Assembly: GCF_964204645.1 (NCBI RefSeq)
Contig: NC_134028.1
Location: forward strand, 62,001 to 126,000
Direction of reading: 5' to 3'
DNA: 64,000 nt
DNA from: Tubulanus polymorphus
Taxonomy: Eukaryota > Animalia > Nemertea
Made by a program: the position numbers and the translations under genes. Below are positions 17,901 to 32,900 of the stretch, piece by piece. Numbering within the stretch: position 1 is the stretch's first letter; every line of letters begins with the position of its first letter. Below the pieces are notes generated by a model. It ran no database searches and was not told where the DNA came from. It worked only from the letters and a program-made list of their open reading frames with translations.

Positions 17901-20900
17901 TCCACCTATCTATTTGAAATCAGTTCAATACGCCTTAGCCCATCTTTTCAGATTGAGTCCATCATCTTCAGAACCAAAGGCAGCCAGAAAATTCTGATTC
18001 TTTCAACCTATCTATTTGAAATCAGTTCAGTTCACCCTAACCCATCAATTAAGATAGAATTCATCATCTTTAGGACCCTATTTTGCAAGAAAAATCTGTA
18101 TCTTTCAGTCCATCTACTCGAAATCAGTTCAGTTTACCTTAACCTATCATTTCAGATCGAGTCCATCATCTTCAGGAGCATAAATAGCCAGAAAATTCTT
18201 AATCTTTCCACCTAACCATTTGAAATCAGTTCAGTACACCCTAACCCATCAATTAAGATAGAATTCATCATCTTTAGGACCCTATTTTGCAAGAAAAATC
18301 TGTATCTTTCAGTCCATCTACTCGAAATCAGTTCAGTTTACCTTAACCTATCATTTCAGATCGAGTCCATCATCTTCAGGAGCATAAATAGCCAGAAAAT
18401 TCTTAATCTTTCCACCTATCTATTTGAAATCAGTTCAATACGCCTTAGCCCATCTTTTCAGATTCAGTCCATCATCTTCAGAACCAAAGGCAGCCAGAAA
18501 ATTCTGATTCTTTCAACCTATCTATTTGAAATCAGTTCATTTCACCCTAACCCATCAATTAAGATAGAATTCATCATCTTTAGGACCCTATTTTGCAAGA
18601 AAAATCTGTATCTTTCAGTCCATCTACTCGAAATCAGTTCAGTTTACCTTAACCTATCATTTCAGATCGAGTCCATCATCTTCAGGAGCATAAATAGCCA
18701 GAAAATTCTTAATCTTTCCACCTATCCATTTGAAATCAGTTCAGTACACCCTAACCCATCAATTAAGATAGAATTCATCATCTTTAGGACCCTATTTTGC
18801 AAGAAAATCTGTATCTTTCAGTCCATCTACTCGAAATCAGTTCAGTTTACCTTAACCTATCATTTCAGATCGAGTCCATCATCTTCAGGAGCATAAATAG
18901 CCAGAAAATTCTTAATCTTTCCACCTATCTATTTGAAATCAGTTCAATACGCCTTAGCCCATCTTTTCAGATTCAGTCCATCATCTTCAGAACCAAAGGC
19001 AGCCAGAAAATTCTGATTCTTTCAACCTATCTATTTGAAATCAGTTCAGTTCACCCTAACCCATCAATTAAGATAGAATTCATCATCTTTAGGACCCTAT
19101 TTTGCAAGAAAAATCTGTATCTTTCAGTCCATCTATTCGAAATCAGTTCAGTTTACCTTAACCTATCATTTCAGATCGAGTCCATCATCTTCAGGAGCAT
19201 AAATAGCCAGAAAATTCGTAATCTTTCCACCTATCTATTTGAAATCAGTTCAGTACACCCTAACCCATCAATTAAGATAGAACTCATCATCTTTAGCACC
19301 CTATTTTGCAAGAAAAATCTGTATCTTTCAGTCCATCTACTCGAAATCAGTTCAGTCTACCTTAACCTATCATTTCAGATCGAGTCCATCATCTTCAGGA
19401 GCATAAATAGCCAGAAAATTCTTAATCTTTCCACCTATCTATTTGAAATCAGTTCAATACGCCTTAACACATCTTTTCAGATTGAATCCATCATCTTCAG
19501 AACCAAAAGCAGCCAGAAAATTCTGATTCTTTCAACCTATCTATTTGAAATCAGTTCAGTACACCCTAACCCATCAATTAAGATAGAATTCATCATCTTT
19601 AGGACCCTATTTTGCAAGAAAAATCTGTATCTTTCAGTCCATCTACTCGAAATCAGTTCAGTTTACCTTAACCTATCATTTCAGATCGAGTCCATCATCT
19701 TCAGGAGCATAAATAGCCAGAAAATTCTTAATCTTTCCACCTATCTATTTGAAATCAGTTCAATACGCCTTAACACATCTTTTCAGATTGAATCCATCAT
19801 CTTCAGAACCAAAAGCAGCCAGAAAATTCTTAATCTTTCAACCTATCTATTTGAAATCAGTTCAGTACACCCTAACCCATCAATTAAGATAGAATTCATC
19901 ATCTTTAGGACCCTATTTTGCAAGAAAAATCTGTATCTTTCAGTCCATCTACTCGAAATCAGTTCAGTTTACCTTAACCTATCATTTCAGATCGAGTCCA
20001 TCATCTTCAGGAGCATAAATAGCCAGAAAATTCTTAATCTTTCCACCTATCTATTTGAAATCAGTTCAATACGCCTTAGCCCATCTTTTCAGATTGAGTC
20101 CATCATCTTCAGAACCAAAAGCAGCCAGAAAATTCTGATTCTTTCAACCTATCTATTTGAAATCAGTTCAGTACACCCTAACCCATCAATTAAGATAGAA
20201 TTCATCATCTTTAGGACCCTATTTTGCAAGAAAAATCTGTATCTTTCAGTCCATCTACTCGAAATCAGTTCAATTTACCTTAACCTATCATTTCAGATCG
20301 AGTCCATCATCTTCAGGAGCATAAATAGCCAGAAAATTCTTAATCTTTCCACCTATCTATTTGAAATCAGTTCAATACGCCTTAGCCCATCTTTTCAGAT
20401 TGAGTCCATCATCTTCAGAACCAAAGGCAGCCAGAAAATTCTGATTCTTTCCACCTATCTATTTGAAATCAGTTCAGTACACCCTAACCCATCAATTAAG
20501 ATAGAACTCATCATCTTTAGGACCCTATTTTGCAAGAAAAATCTGTATCTTTCAGTCCATCTGCTCGAAATCAGTTCAGTTTACCTTAACCTATCATTTC
20601 AGATCGAGTCCATCATCTTCAGGAGCATAAATAGCCAGAAAATTCTTAATCTTTCCACCTATCTATTTGAAATCAGTTCAATACGCCTTAGCCCATCTTT
20701 TCAGATTCAGTCCATCATCTTCAGAACCAAAGGCAGCCAGAAAATTCTGATTCTTTCCACCTATCTATTTGAAATCAGTTCAGTTCACCCTAACCCATCA
20801 ATTAAGATAGAATTCATCATCTTTAGGACCCTATTTTGCAAGAAAAATCTGTATCTTTCAGTCCATCTATTCGAAATCAGTTCAGTTTACCTTAACCTAT

Positions 20901-23900
20901 CATTTCAGATCGAGTCCATCATCTTCAGGAGCATAAATAGCCAGAAAATTCGTAATCTTTCCACCTATCTATTTGAAATCAGTTCAGTACACCCTAACCC
21001 ATCAATTAAGATAGAACTCATCATCTTTAGGACCCTATTTTGCAAGAAAAATCTGTATCTTTCAGTCCATCTACTCGAAATCAGTTCAGTCTACCTTAAC
21101 CTATCATTTCAGATCGAGTCCATCATCTTCAGGAGCATAAATAGCCAGAAAATTCTTAATCTTTCCACCTATCCATTTGAAATCAGTTCAGTACACCCTA
21201 ACCCATCAATTAAGATAGAACTCATCATCTTTAGGACCCTATTTTGCAAGAAAAATCTGTATCTTTCAGTCCATCTACTCGAAATCAGTTCAGTTTACCT
21301 TAACCTATCATTTCAGATCGAGTCCATCATCTTCAGGAGCATAAATAGCCAGAAAATTCTTAATCTTTCCACCTATCTATTTGAAATCAGTTCAATACGC
21401 CTTAGCCCATCTTTTCAGATTCAGTCCATCATCTTCAGAACCAAAGGCAGCCAGAAAATTCTGATTCTTTCCACCTATCTATTTGAAATCAGTTCAGTTC
21501 ACCCTAACCCATCAATTAAGATAGAATTCATCATCTTTAGGACCCTATTTTGCAAGAAAAATCTGTATCTTTCAGTCCATCTATTCGAAATCAGTTCAGT
21601 TTACCTTAACCTATCATTTCAGATCGAGTCCATCATCTTCAGGAGCATAAATAGCCAGAAAATTCTTAATCTTTCCACCTATCTATTTGAAATCAGTTCA
21701 GTACACCCTAACCCATCAATTAAGATAGAACTCATCATCTTTAGGACCCTATTTTGCAAGAAAAATCTGTATCTTTCAGTCCATCTACTCGAAATCAGTT
21801 CAGTCTACCTTAACCTATCATTTCAGATCGAGTCCATCATCTTCAGGAGCATAAATAGCCAGAAAATTCTTAATCTTTCCACCTATCTATTTGAAATCAG
21901 TTCAATACGCCTTAACACATCTTTTCAGATTGGATCCATCATCTTCAGAACCAAAAGCAGCCAGAAAATTCTGATTCTTTCAACCTATCTATTTGAAATC
22001 AGTTCAGTACACCCTAACCCATCAATTAAGATAGAATTCATCATCTTTAGGACCCTATTTTGCAAGAAAAATCTGTATCTTTCAGTCCATCTACTCGAAT
22101 CAGTTCAGTTTACCTTAACCTATCATTTCAGATCGAGTCCATCATCTTCAGGAGCATAAATAGCCAGAAAATTCTTAATCTTTCCACCTATCTATTTGAA
22201 ATCAGTTCAATACGCCTTAACACATCTTTTCAGATTGAATCCATCATCTTCAGAACCAAAAGCAGCCAGAAAATTCTTAATCTTTCAACCTATCTATTTG
22301 AAATCAGTTCAGTACACCCTAACCCATCAATTAAGATAGAATTCATCATCTTTAGGACCCTATTTTGCAAGAAAAATCTGTATCTTTCAGTCCATCTACT
22401 CGAAATCAGTTCAGTTTACCTTAACCTATCATTTCAGATCGAGTCCATCATCTTCAGGAGCATAAATAACCAGAAAATTCTTAATCTTTCCACCTATCTA
22501 TTTGAAATCAGTTCAATACGCCTTAGCCCATCTTTTCAGATTCAGTCCATCATCTTCAGAACCAAAGGCAGCCAGAAAATTCTTAATCTTTCCACCTATC
22601 TGTTTGAAATCAGTTCAGTTCACCCTAACCCATCAATTTAGATAGAATTCATCATCTTTAGGACCCTATTTTGCAAGAAAAACCTGTATCTTTCAGTCCA
22701 TCTGCTCGAAATCAGTTCAGTTTACCTTAACCTATCATTTCAGATCGAGTCCATCATCTTCAGGAGCATAAATAGCCAGAAAATTCTTAATCTTTCCACC
22801 TATCTATTTGAAATCAGTTCAATACGCCTTAACACATCTTTTCAGATTGAATCCATCATCTTCAGAACCAAAAGCAGCCAGAAAATTCTGATTCTTTCAA
22901 CCTATCTATTTGAAATCAGTTCAGTACACCCTAACCCATCAATTAAGATAGAACTCATCATCTTTAGGACCCTATTTTGCAAGAAAAATCTGTATCTTTC
23001 AGTCCATCTGCTCGAAATCAGTTCAGTTTACCTTAACCTATCATTTCAGATCGAGTCCATCATCTTCAGGAGCATAAATAGCCAGAAAATTCTTAATCTT
23101 TCCACCTATCTATTTGAAATCAGTTCAATACGCCTTAACACATCTTTTCAGATTGAATCCATCATCTTCAGAACCAAAAGCAGCCAGAAAATTCTTAATC
23201 TTTCAACCTATCTATTTGAAATCAGTTCAGTACACCCTAACCCATCAATTAAGATAGAATTCATCATCTTTAGGACCCTATTTTGCAAGAAAAATCTGTA
23301 TCTTTCAGTCCATCTACTCGAAATCAGTTCAGTTTACCTTAACCTATCATTTCAGATCGAGTCCATCATCTTCAGGAGCATAAATAGCCAGAAAATTCTT
23401 AATCTTTCCACCTATCTATTTGAAATCAGTTCAATACGCCTTAGCCCATCTTTTCAGATTGAGTCCATCATCTTCAGAACCAAAGGCAGCCAGAAAATTC
23501 TGATTCTTTCCACCTATCTATTTGAAATCAGTTCAGTACACCCTAACCCATCAATTAAGATAGAATTCATCATCTTTAGGACCCTATTTTGCAAGAAAAA
23601 TCTGTATCTTTCAGTCCATCTACTTGAAATCAGTTCAGTTTACCTTAACCTATCATTTCAGATCGAGTCCATCATCTTCAGGAGCATAAATAGCCAGAAA
23701 ATTCTTAATCTTTCCACCTATCTATTTGAAATCAGTTCAATACGCCTTAGCCCATCTTTTCAGATTGAGTCCATCATCTTCAGAACCAAAGGCAGCCAGA
23801 AAATTCTGATTCTTTCAACCTATCTATTTGAAATCAGTTCAGTTCACCCTAACCCATCAATTAAGATAGAATTCATCATCTTTAGGACCCTATTTTGCAA

Positions 23901-26900
23901 GAAAAATCTGTATCTTTCAGTCCATCTACTCGAAATCAGTTCAGTTTACCTTAACCTATCATTTCAGATCGAGTCCATCATCTTCAGGAGCATAAATAGC
24001 CAGAAAATTCTTAATCTTTCCACCTATCTATTTGAAATCAGTTCAATACGCCTTAGCCCATCTTTTCAGATTCAGTCCATCATCTTCAGAACCAAAGGCA
24101 GCCAGAAAATTCTTAATCTTTCCACCTATCTGTTTGAAATCAGTTCAGTTCACCCTAACCCATCAATTTAGATAGAATTCATCATCTTTAGGACCCTATT
24201 TTGCAAGAAAAATCTGTATCTTTCAGTCCATCTATTCGAAATCAGTTCAGTTTACCTTAACCTATCATTTCAGATCGAGTCCATCATCTTCAGGAGCATA
24301 AATAGCCAGAAAATTCGTAATCTTTCCACCTATCTATTTGAAATCAGTTCAGTACACCCTAACCCATCAATTAAGATAGAACTCATCATCTTTAGGACCC
24401 TATTTTGCAAGAAAAATCTGTATCTTTCAGTCCATCTACTCGAAATCAGTTCAGTCTACCTTAACCTATCATTTCAGATCGAGTCCATCATCTTCAGGAG
24501 CATAAATAGCCAGAAAATTCTTAATCTTTCCACCTAACCATTTGAAATCAGTTCAGTACACCCTAACCCATCAATTAAGATAGAATTCATCATCTTTAGG
24601 ACCCTATTTTGCAAGAAAAATCTGTATCTTTCAGTCCATCTACTCGAAATCAGTTCAGTTTACCTTAACCTATCATTTCAGATCGAGTCCATCATCTTCA
24701 GGAGCATGAATAGCCAGAAAATTCTTAATCTTTCCACCTATCTATTTGAAATCAGTTCAATACGCCTTAGCCCATCTTTTCAGATTCAGTCCATCATCTT
24801 CAGAACCAAAGGCAGCCAGAAAATTCTGATTCTTTCAACCTATCTATTTGAAATCAGTTCATTTCACCCTAACCCATCAATTAAGATAGAATTCATCATC
24901 TTTAGGACCCTATTTTGCAAGAAAAATCTGTATCTTTCAGTCCATCTACTCGAAATCAGTTCAGTTTACCTTAACCTATCATTTCAGATCGAGTCCATCA
25001 TCTTCAGGAGCATAAATAGCCAGAAAATTCTTAATCTTTCCACCTATCCATTTGAAATCAGTTCAGTACACCCTAACCCATCAATTAAGATAGAATTCAT
25101 CATCTTTAGGACCCTATTTTGCAAGAAAATCTGTATCTTTCAGTCCATCTACTCGAAATCAGTTCAGTTTACCTTAACCTATCATTTCAGATCGAGTCCA
25201 TCATCTTCAGGAGCATAAATAGCCAGAAAATTCTTAATCTTTCCACCTATCTATTTGAAATCAGTTCAATACGCCTTAGCCCATCTTTTCAGATTCAGTC
25301 CATCATCTTCAGAACCAAAGGCAGCCAGAAAATTCTGATTCTTTCAACCTATCTATTTGAAATCAGTTCAGTTCACCCTAACCCATCAATTAAGATAGAA
25401 TTCATCATCTTTAGGACCCTATTTTGCAAGAAAAATCTGTATCTTTCAGTCCATCTATTCGAAATCAGTTCAGTTTACCTTAACCTATCATTTCAGATCG
25501 AGTCCATCATCTTCAGGAGCATAAATAGCCAGAAAATTCGTAATCTTTCCACCTATCTATTTGAAATCAGTTCAGTACACCCTAACCCATCAATTAAGAT
25601 AGAACTCATCATCTTTAGGACCCTATTTTGCAAGAAAAATCTGTATCTTTCAGTCCATCTACTCGAAATCAGTTCAGTCTACCTTAACCTATCATTTCAG
25701 ATCGAGTCCATCATCTTCAGGAGCATAAATAGCCAGAAAATTCTTAATCTTTCCACCTATCTATTTGAAATCAGTTCAATACGCCTTAACACATCTTATC
25801 AGATTGAATCCATCATCTTCAGAACCAAAAGCAGCCAGAAAATTCTGATTCTTTCAACCTATCTATTTGAAATCAGTTCAGTACACCCTAACCCATCAAT
25901 TAAGATAGAATTCATCATCTTTAGGACCCTATTTTGCAAGAAAAATCTGTATCTTTCAGTCCATCTACTCGAAATCAGTTCAGTTTACCTTAACCTATCA
26001 TTTCAGATCGAGTCCATCATCTTCAGGAGCATAAATAGCCAGAAAATTCTTAATCTTTCCACCTATCTATTTGAAATCAGTTCAATACGCCTTAACACAT
26101 CTTTTCAGATTGAATCCATCATCTTCAGAACCAAAAGCAGCCAGAAAATTCTTAATCTTTCAACCTATCTATTTGAAATCAGTTCAGTACACCCTAACCC
26201 ATCAATTAAGATAGAATTCATCATCTTTAGGACCCTATTTTGCAAGAAAAATCTGTATCTTTCAGTCCATCTACTCGAAATCAGTTCAGTTTACCTTAAC
26301 CTATCATTTCAGATCGAGTCCATCATCTTCAGGAGCAAAAATAGCCAGAAAATTCTTAATCTTTCCACCTATCTATTTGAAATCAGTTCAATACGCCTTA
26401 GCCCATCTTTTCAGATTGAGTCCATCATCTTCAGAACCAAAAGCAGCCAGAAAATTCTGATTCTTTCAACCTATCTATTTGAAATCAGTTCAGTACACCC
26501 TAACCCATCAATTAAGATAGAATTCATCATCTTTAGGACCCTATTTTGCAAGAAAAATCTGTATCTTTCAGTCCATCTACTCGAAATCAGTTCAATTTAC
26601 CTTAACCTATCATTTCAGATCGAGTCCATCATCTTCAGGAGCATAAATAGCCAGAAAATTCTTAATCTTTCCACCTATCTATTTGAAATCAGTTCAATAC
26701 GCCTTAGCCCATCTTTTCAGATTGAGTCCATCATCTTCAGAACCAAAGGCAGCCAGAAAATTCTGATTCTTTCCACCTATCTATTTGAAATCAGTTCAGT
26801 TCACCCTAACTCATCAATTAAGATAGAATTCATCATCTTTAGGACCCTATTTTGCAAGAAAAATCTGTATCTTTCAGTCCATCTACTCGAAATCAGTTCA

Positions 26901-29900
26901 GTTTACCTTAACCTATCATTTCAGATCGAGTCCATCATCTTCAGGAGCATAAATAGCCAGAAAATTCTTAATCTTTCCACCTATCTATTTGAAATCAGTT
27001 CAATACGCCTTAGCCCATCTTTTCAGATTGAGTCCATCATCTTCAGAACCAAAGGCAGCCAGAAAATTCTGATTCTTTCCACCTATCTATTTGAAATCAG
27101 TTCAGTTTACCCTAACTCATCAATTAAGATAGAATTCATCATCTTTAGGACCCTATTTTGCAAGAAAAATCTGTATCTTTCAGTCCATCTACTCGAAATC
27201 AGTTCAGTTTACCTTAACCTATCATTTCAGATCGAGTCCATCATCTTCAGGAGCATAAATAACCAGAAAATTCTTAATCTTTCAACCTATCTGTTTGAAA
27301 TCAGTTCAGTACACCCTAACCCATCAATTAAGATAGAATTCATCATCTTTAGGACCCTATTTTGCAAGAAAAATCTGTATCTTTCAGTCCATCTACTCGA
27401 AATCAGTTCAGTTTACCTTAACCTATCATTTCAGATCGAGTCCATCATCTTCAGGAGCATAAATAACCAGAAAATTCTTAATCTTTCCACCTATCTATTT
27501 GAAATCAGTTCAATACGCCTTAGCCCATCTTTTCAGATTCAGTCCATCATCTTCAGAACCATAGGCAGCCAGAAAATTCTTAATCTTTCCACCTATCTGT
27601 TTGAAATCAGTTCAGTTCACCCTAACCCATCAATTTAGATAGAATTCATCATCTTTAGGACCCTATTTTGCAAGAAAAACCTGTATCTTTCAGTCCATCT
27701 GCTCGAAATTAGTTCAGTTTACCTTAACCTATCATTTCAGATCGAGTCCATCATCTTCAGGAGCATAAATAGCCAGAAAATTCTTAATCTTTCCACCTAT
27801 CTATTTGAAATCAGTTCAATACGCCTTAGCCCATCTTTTCAGATTGAGTCCATCATCTTCAGAACCAAAGGCAGCCAGAAAATTCTGATTCTTTCCACCT
27901 ATCTATTTGAAATCAGTTCAGTTCACCCTAACTCATCAATTAAGATAGAATTCATCATCTTTAGGACCCTATTTTGCAAGAAAAATCTGTATCTTTCAGT
28001 CCATCTACTCGAAATCAGTTCAGTTTACCTTAACCTATCATTTCAGATCGAGTCCATCATCTTCAGGAGCATAAATAACCAGAAAATTCTTAATCTTTCA
28101 ACCTATCTGTTTGAAATCAGTTCAGTACACCCTAACTCATCAATTAAGATAGAATTCATCATCTTTAGGACCCTATTTTGCAAGAAAAATCTGTATCTTT
28201 CAGTCCATCTACTCGAAATCAGTTCAGTTTACCTTAACCTATCATTTCAGATCGAGTCCATCATCTTCAGGAGCATAAATAACCAGAAAATTCTTAATCT
28301 TTCCACCTATCTATTTGAAATCAGTTCAATACGCCTTAACACATCTTTTCAGATTGAATCCATCATCTTCAGAACCAAAAGCAGCCAGAAAATTCTGATT
28401 CTTTCAACCTATCTATTTGAAATCAGTTCAGTACACCCTAACCCATCAATTAAGATAGAACTCATCATCTTTAGGACCCTATTTTGCAAGAAAAATCTGT
28501 ATCTTTCAGTCCATCTGCTCGAAATCAGTTCAGTTTACCTTAACCTATCATTTCAGATCGAGTCCATCATCTTCAGGAGCATAAATAGCCAGAAAATTCT
28601 TAATCTTTCCACCTATCTATTTGAAATCAGTTCAATACGCCTTAGCCCATCTTTTCAGATTGAGTCCATCATCTTCAGAACCAAAGGCAGCCAGAAAATT
28701 CTGATTCTTTCCACCTATCTATTTGAAATCAGTTCAGTTCACCCTAACCCATCAATTAAGATAGAATTCATCATCTTTAGGACCCTATTTTGCAAGAAAA
28801 ATCTGTATCTTTCAGTCCATCTACTCGAAATCAGTTCAGTTTACCTTAACCTATCATTTCAGATCGAGTCCATCATCTTCAGGAGCATAAATAGCCAGAA
28901 AATTCTTAATCTTTCCACCTATCTATTTGAAATCAGTTCAATACGCCTTAGCCCATCTTTTCAGATTCAGTCCATCATCTTCAGAACCAAAGGCAGCCAG
29001 AAAATTCTGATTCTTTCCACCTATCTATTTGAAATCAGTTCAGTTCACCCTAACCCATCAATTAAGATAGAATTCATCATCTTTAGGACCCTATTTTGCA
29101 AGAAAAATCTGTATCTTTCAGTCCATCTATTCGAAATCAGTTCAGTTTACCTTAACCTATCATTTCAGATCGAGTCCATCATCTTCAGGAGCATAAATAG
29201 CCAGAAAATTCGTAATCTTTCCACCTATCTATTTGAAATCAGTTCAATACGCCTTAGCCCATCTTTTCAGATTGAGTCCATCATCTTCAGAACCAAAGGC
29301 AGCCAGAAAATTCTGATTCTTTCAACCTATCTATTTGAAATCAGTTCAGTTCACCCTAACCCATCAATTAAGATAGAATTCATCATCTTTAGGACCCTAT
29401 TTTGCAAGAAAAATCTGTATCTTTCAGTCCATCTACTCGAAATCAGTTTAGTTTACCTTAACCTATCATTTCAGATCGAGTCCATCATCTTCAGGAGCAT
29501 AAATAGCCAGAAAATTCTTAATCTTTCCACCTATCCATTTGAAATCAGTTCAGTACACCCTAACCCATCAATTAAGATAGAATTCATCATCTTTAGGACC
29601 CTATTTTGCAAGAAAAATCTGTATCTTTCAGTCCATCTACTCGAAATCAGTTCAGTTTACCTTAACCTATCATTTCAGATCGAGTCCATCATCTTCAGGA
29701 GCATAAATAGCCAGAAAATTCTTAATCTTCCCACCTATCTATTTGAAATCAGTTCAATACGCCTTAGCCCATCTTTTCAGATTCAGTCCATCATCTTCAG
29801 AACCAAAGGCAGCCAGAAAATTCTGATTCTTTCCACCTATCTATTTGAAATCAGTTCAGTTCACCCTAACCCATCAATTAAGATAGAATTCATCATCTTT

Positions 29901-32900
29901 AGGACCCTATTTTGCAAGAAAAATCTGTATCTTTCAGTCCATCTATTCGAAATCAGTTCAGTTTACCTTAACCTATCATTTCAGATCGAGTCCATCATCT
30001 TCAGGAGCATAAATAGCCAGAAAATTCGTAATCTTTCCACCTATCTATTTGAAATCAGTTCAGTACACCCTAACCCATCAATTAAGATAGAACTCATCAT
30101 CTTTAGGACCCTATTTTGCAAGAAAAATCTGTATCTTTCAGTCCATCTACTCGAAATCAGTTCAGTCTACCTTAACCTATCATTTCAGATCGAGTCCATC
30201 ATCTTCAGGAGCATAAATAGCCAGAAAATTCTTAATCTTTCCACCTATCTATTTGAAATCAGTTCAATACGCCTTAACACATCTTTTCAGATTGGATCCA
30301 TCATCTTCAGAACCAAAAGCAGCCAGAAAATTCTGATTCTTTCAACCTATCTATTTGAAATCAGTTCAGTACACCCTAACCCATCAATTAAGATAGAATT
30401 CATCATCTTTAGGACCCTATTTTGCAAGAAAAATCTGTATCTTTCAGTCCATCTACTCGAAATCAGTTCAGTTTACCTTAACCTATCATTTCAGATCGAG
30501 TCCATCATCTTCAGGAGCATAAATAGCCAGAAAATTCTTAATCTTTCCACCTATCTATTTGAAATCAGTTCAATACGCCTTAACACATCTTTTCAGATTG
30601 AATCCATCATCTTCAGAACCAAAAGCAGCCAGAAAATTCTTAATCTTTCAACCTATCTATTTGAAATCAGTTCAGTACACCCTAACCCATCAATTAAGAT
30701 AGAATTCATCATCTTTAGGACCCTATTTTGCAAGAAAAATCTGTATCTTTCAGTCCATCTACTCGAAATCAGTTCAGTTTACCTTAACCTATCATTTCAG
30801 ATCGAGTCCATCATCTTCAGGAGCATAAATAACCAGAAAATTCTTAATCTTTCCACCTATCTATTTGAAATCAGTTCAATACGCCTTAGCCCATCTTTTC
30901 AGATTCAGTCCATCATCTTCAGAACCAAAGGCAGCCAGAAAATTCTTAATCTTTCCACCTATCTGTTTGAAATCAGTTCAGTTCACCCTAACCCATCAAT
31001 TTAGATAGAATTCATCATCTTTAGGACCCAATTTTGCAAGAAAAACCTGTATCTTTCAGTCCATCTGCTCGAAATCAGTTCAGTTTACCTTAACCTATCA
31101 TTTCAGATCGAGTCCATCATCTTCAGGAGCATAAATAGCCAGAAAATTCTTAATCTTTCCACCTATCTATTTGAAATCAGTTCAATACGCCTTAACACAT
31201 CTTTTCAGATTGAATCCATCATCTTCAGAACCAAAAGCAGCCAGAAAATTCTGATTCTTTCAACCTATCTATTTGAAATCAGTTCAGTACACCCTAACCC
31301 ATCAATTAAGATAGAACTCATCATCTTTAGGACCCTATTTTGCAAGAAAAATCTGTATCTTTCAGTCCATCTGCTCGAAATCAGTTCAGTTTACCTTAAC
31401 CTATCATTTCAGATCGAGTCCATCATCTTCAGGAGCATAAATAGCCAGAAAATTCTTAATCTTTCCACCTATCTATTTGAAATCAGTTCAATACGCCTTA
31501 ACACATCTTTTCAGATTGAATCCATCATCTTCAGAACCAAAAGCAGCCAGAAAATTCTTAATCTTTCAACCTATCTATTTGAAATCAGTTCAGTACACCC
31601 TAACCCATCAATTAAGATAGAATTCATCATCTTTAGGACCCTATTTTGCAAGAAAAATCTGTATCTTTCAGTCCATCTACTCGAAATCAGTTCAGTTTAC
31701 CTTAACCTTTCATTTCAGATCGAGTCCATCATCTTCAGGAGCATAAATAGCCAGAAAATTCTTAATCTTTCCACCTATCTATTTGAAATCAGTTCAATAC
31801 GCCTTAGCCCATCTTTTCAGATTCAGTCCATCATCTTCAGAACCAAAGGCAGCCAGAAAATTCTGATTCTTTCCACCTATCTATTTGAAATCAGTTCAGT
31901 TCACCCTAACCCATCAATTAAGATAGAATTCATCATCTTTAGGACCCTATTTTGCAAGAAAAATCTGTATCTTTCAGTCCATCTATTCGAAATCAGTTCA
32001 GTTTACCTTAACCTATCATTTCAGATCGAGTCCATCATCTTCAGGAGCATAAATAGCCAGAAAATTCGTAATCTTTCCACCTATCTATTTGAAATCAGTT
32101 CAGTACACCCTAACCCATCAATTAAGATAGAACTCATCATCTTTAGGACCCTATTTTGCAAGAAAAATCTGTATCTTTCAGTCCATCTACTCGAAATCAG
32201 TTCAGTCTACCTTAACCTATCATTTCAGATCGAGTCCATCATCTTCAGGAGCATAAATAGCCAGAAAATTCTTAATCTTTCCACCTATCTATTTGAAATC
32301 AGTTCAATACGCCTTAACACATCTTTTCAGATTGAATCCATCATCTTCAGAACCAAAAGCAGCCAGAAAATTCTTAATCTTTCAACCTATCTATTTGAAA
32401 TCAGTTCAGTACACCCTAACCCATCAATTAAGATAGAATTCATCATCTTTAGGACCCTATTTTGCAAGAAAAATCTGTATCTTTCAGTCCATCTACTCGA
32501 AATCAGTTCAGTTTACCTTAACCTATCATTTCAGATCGAGTCCATCATCTTCAGGAGCATAAATAGCCAGAAAATTCTTAATCTTTCCACCTATCTATTT
32601 GATATCAGTTCAATACGCCTTAGCCCATCTTTTCAGATTGAGTCCATCATCTTCAGAACCAAAGGCAGCCAGAAAATTCTGATTCTTTCCACCTATCTAT
32701 TTGAAATCAGTTCAGTTCACCCTAACCCATCAATTAAGATAGAATTCATCATCTTTAGGACCCTATTTTGCAAGAAAAATCTGTATCTTTCAGTCCATCT
32801 ACTCGAAATCAGTTCAGTTTACCTTAACCTATCATTTCAGATCGAGTCCATCATCTTCAGGAGCATAAATAGCCAGAAAATTCTTAATCTTTCCACCTAT

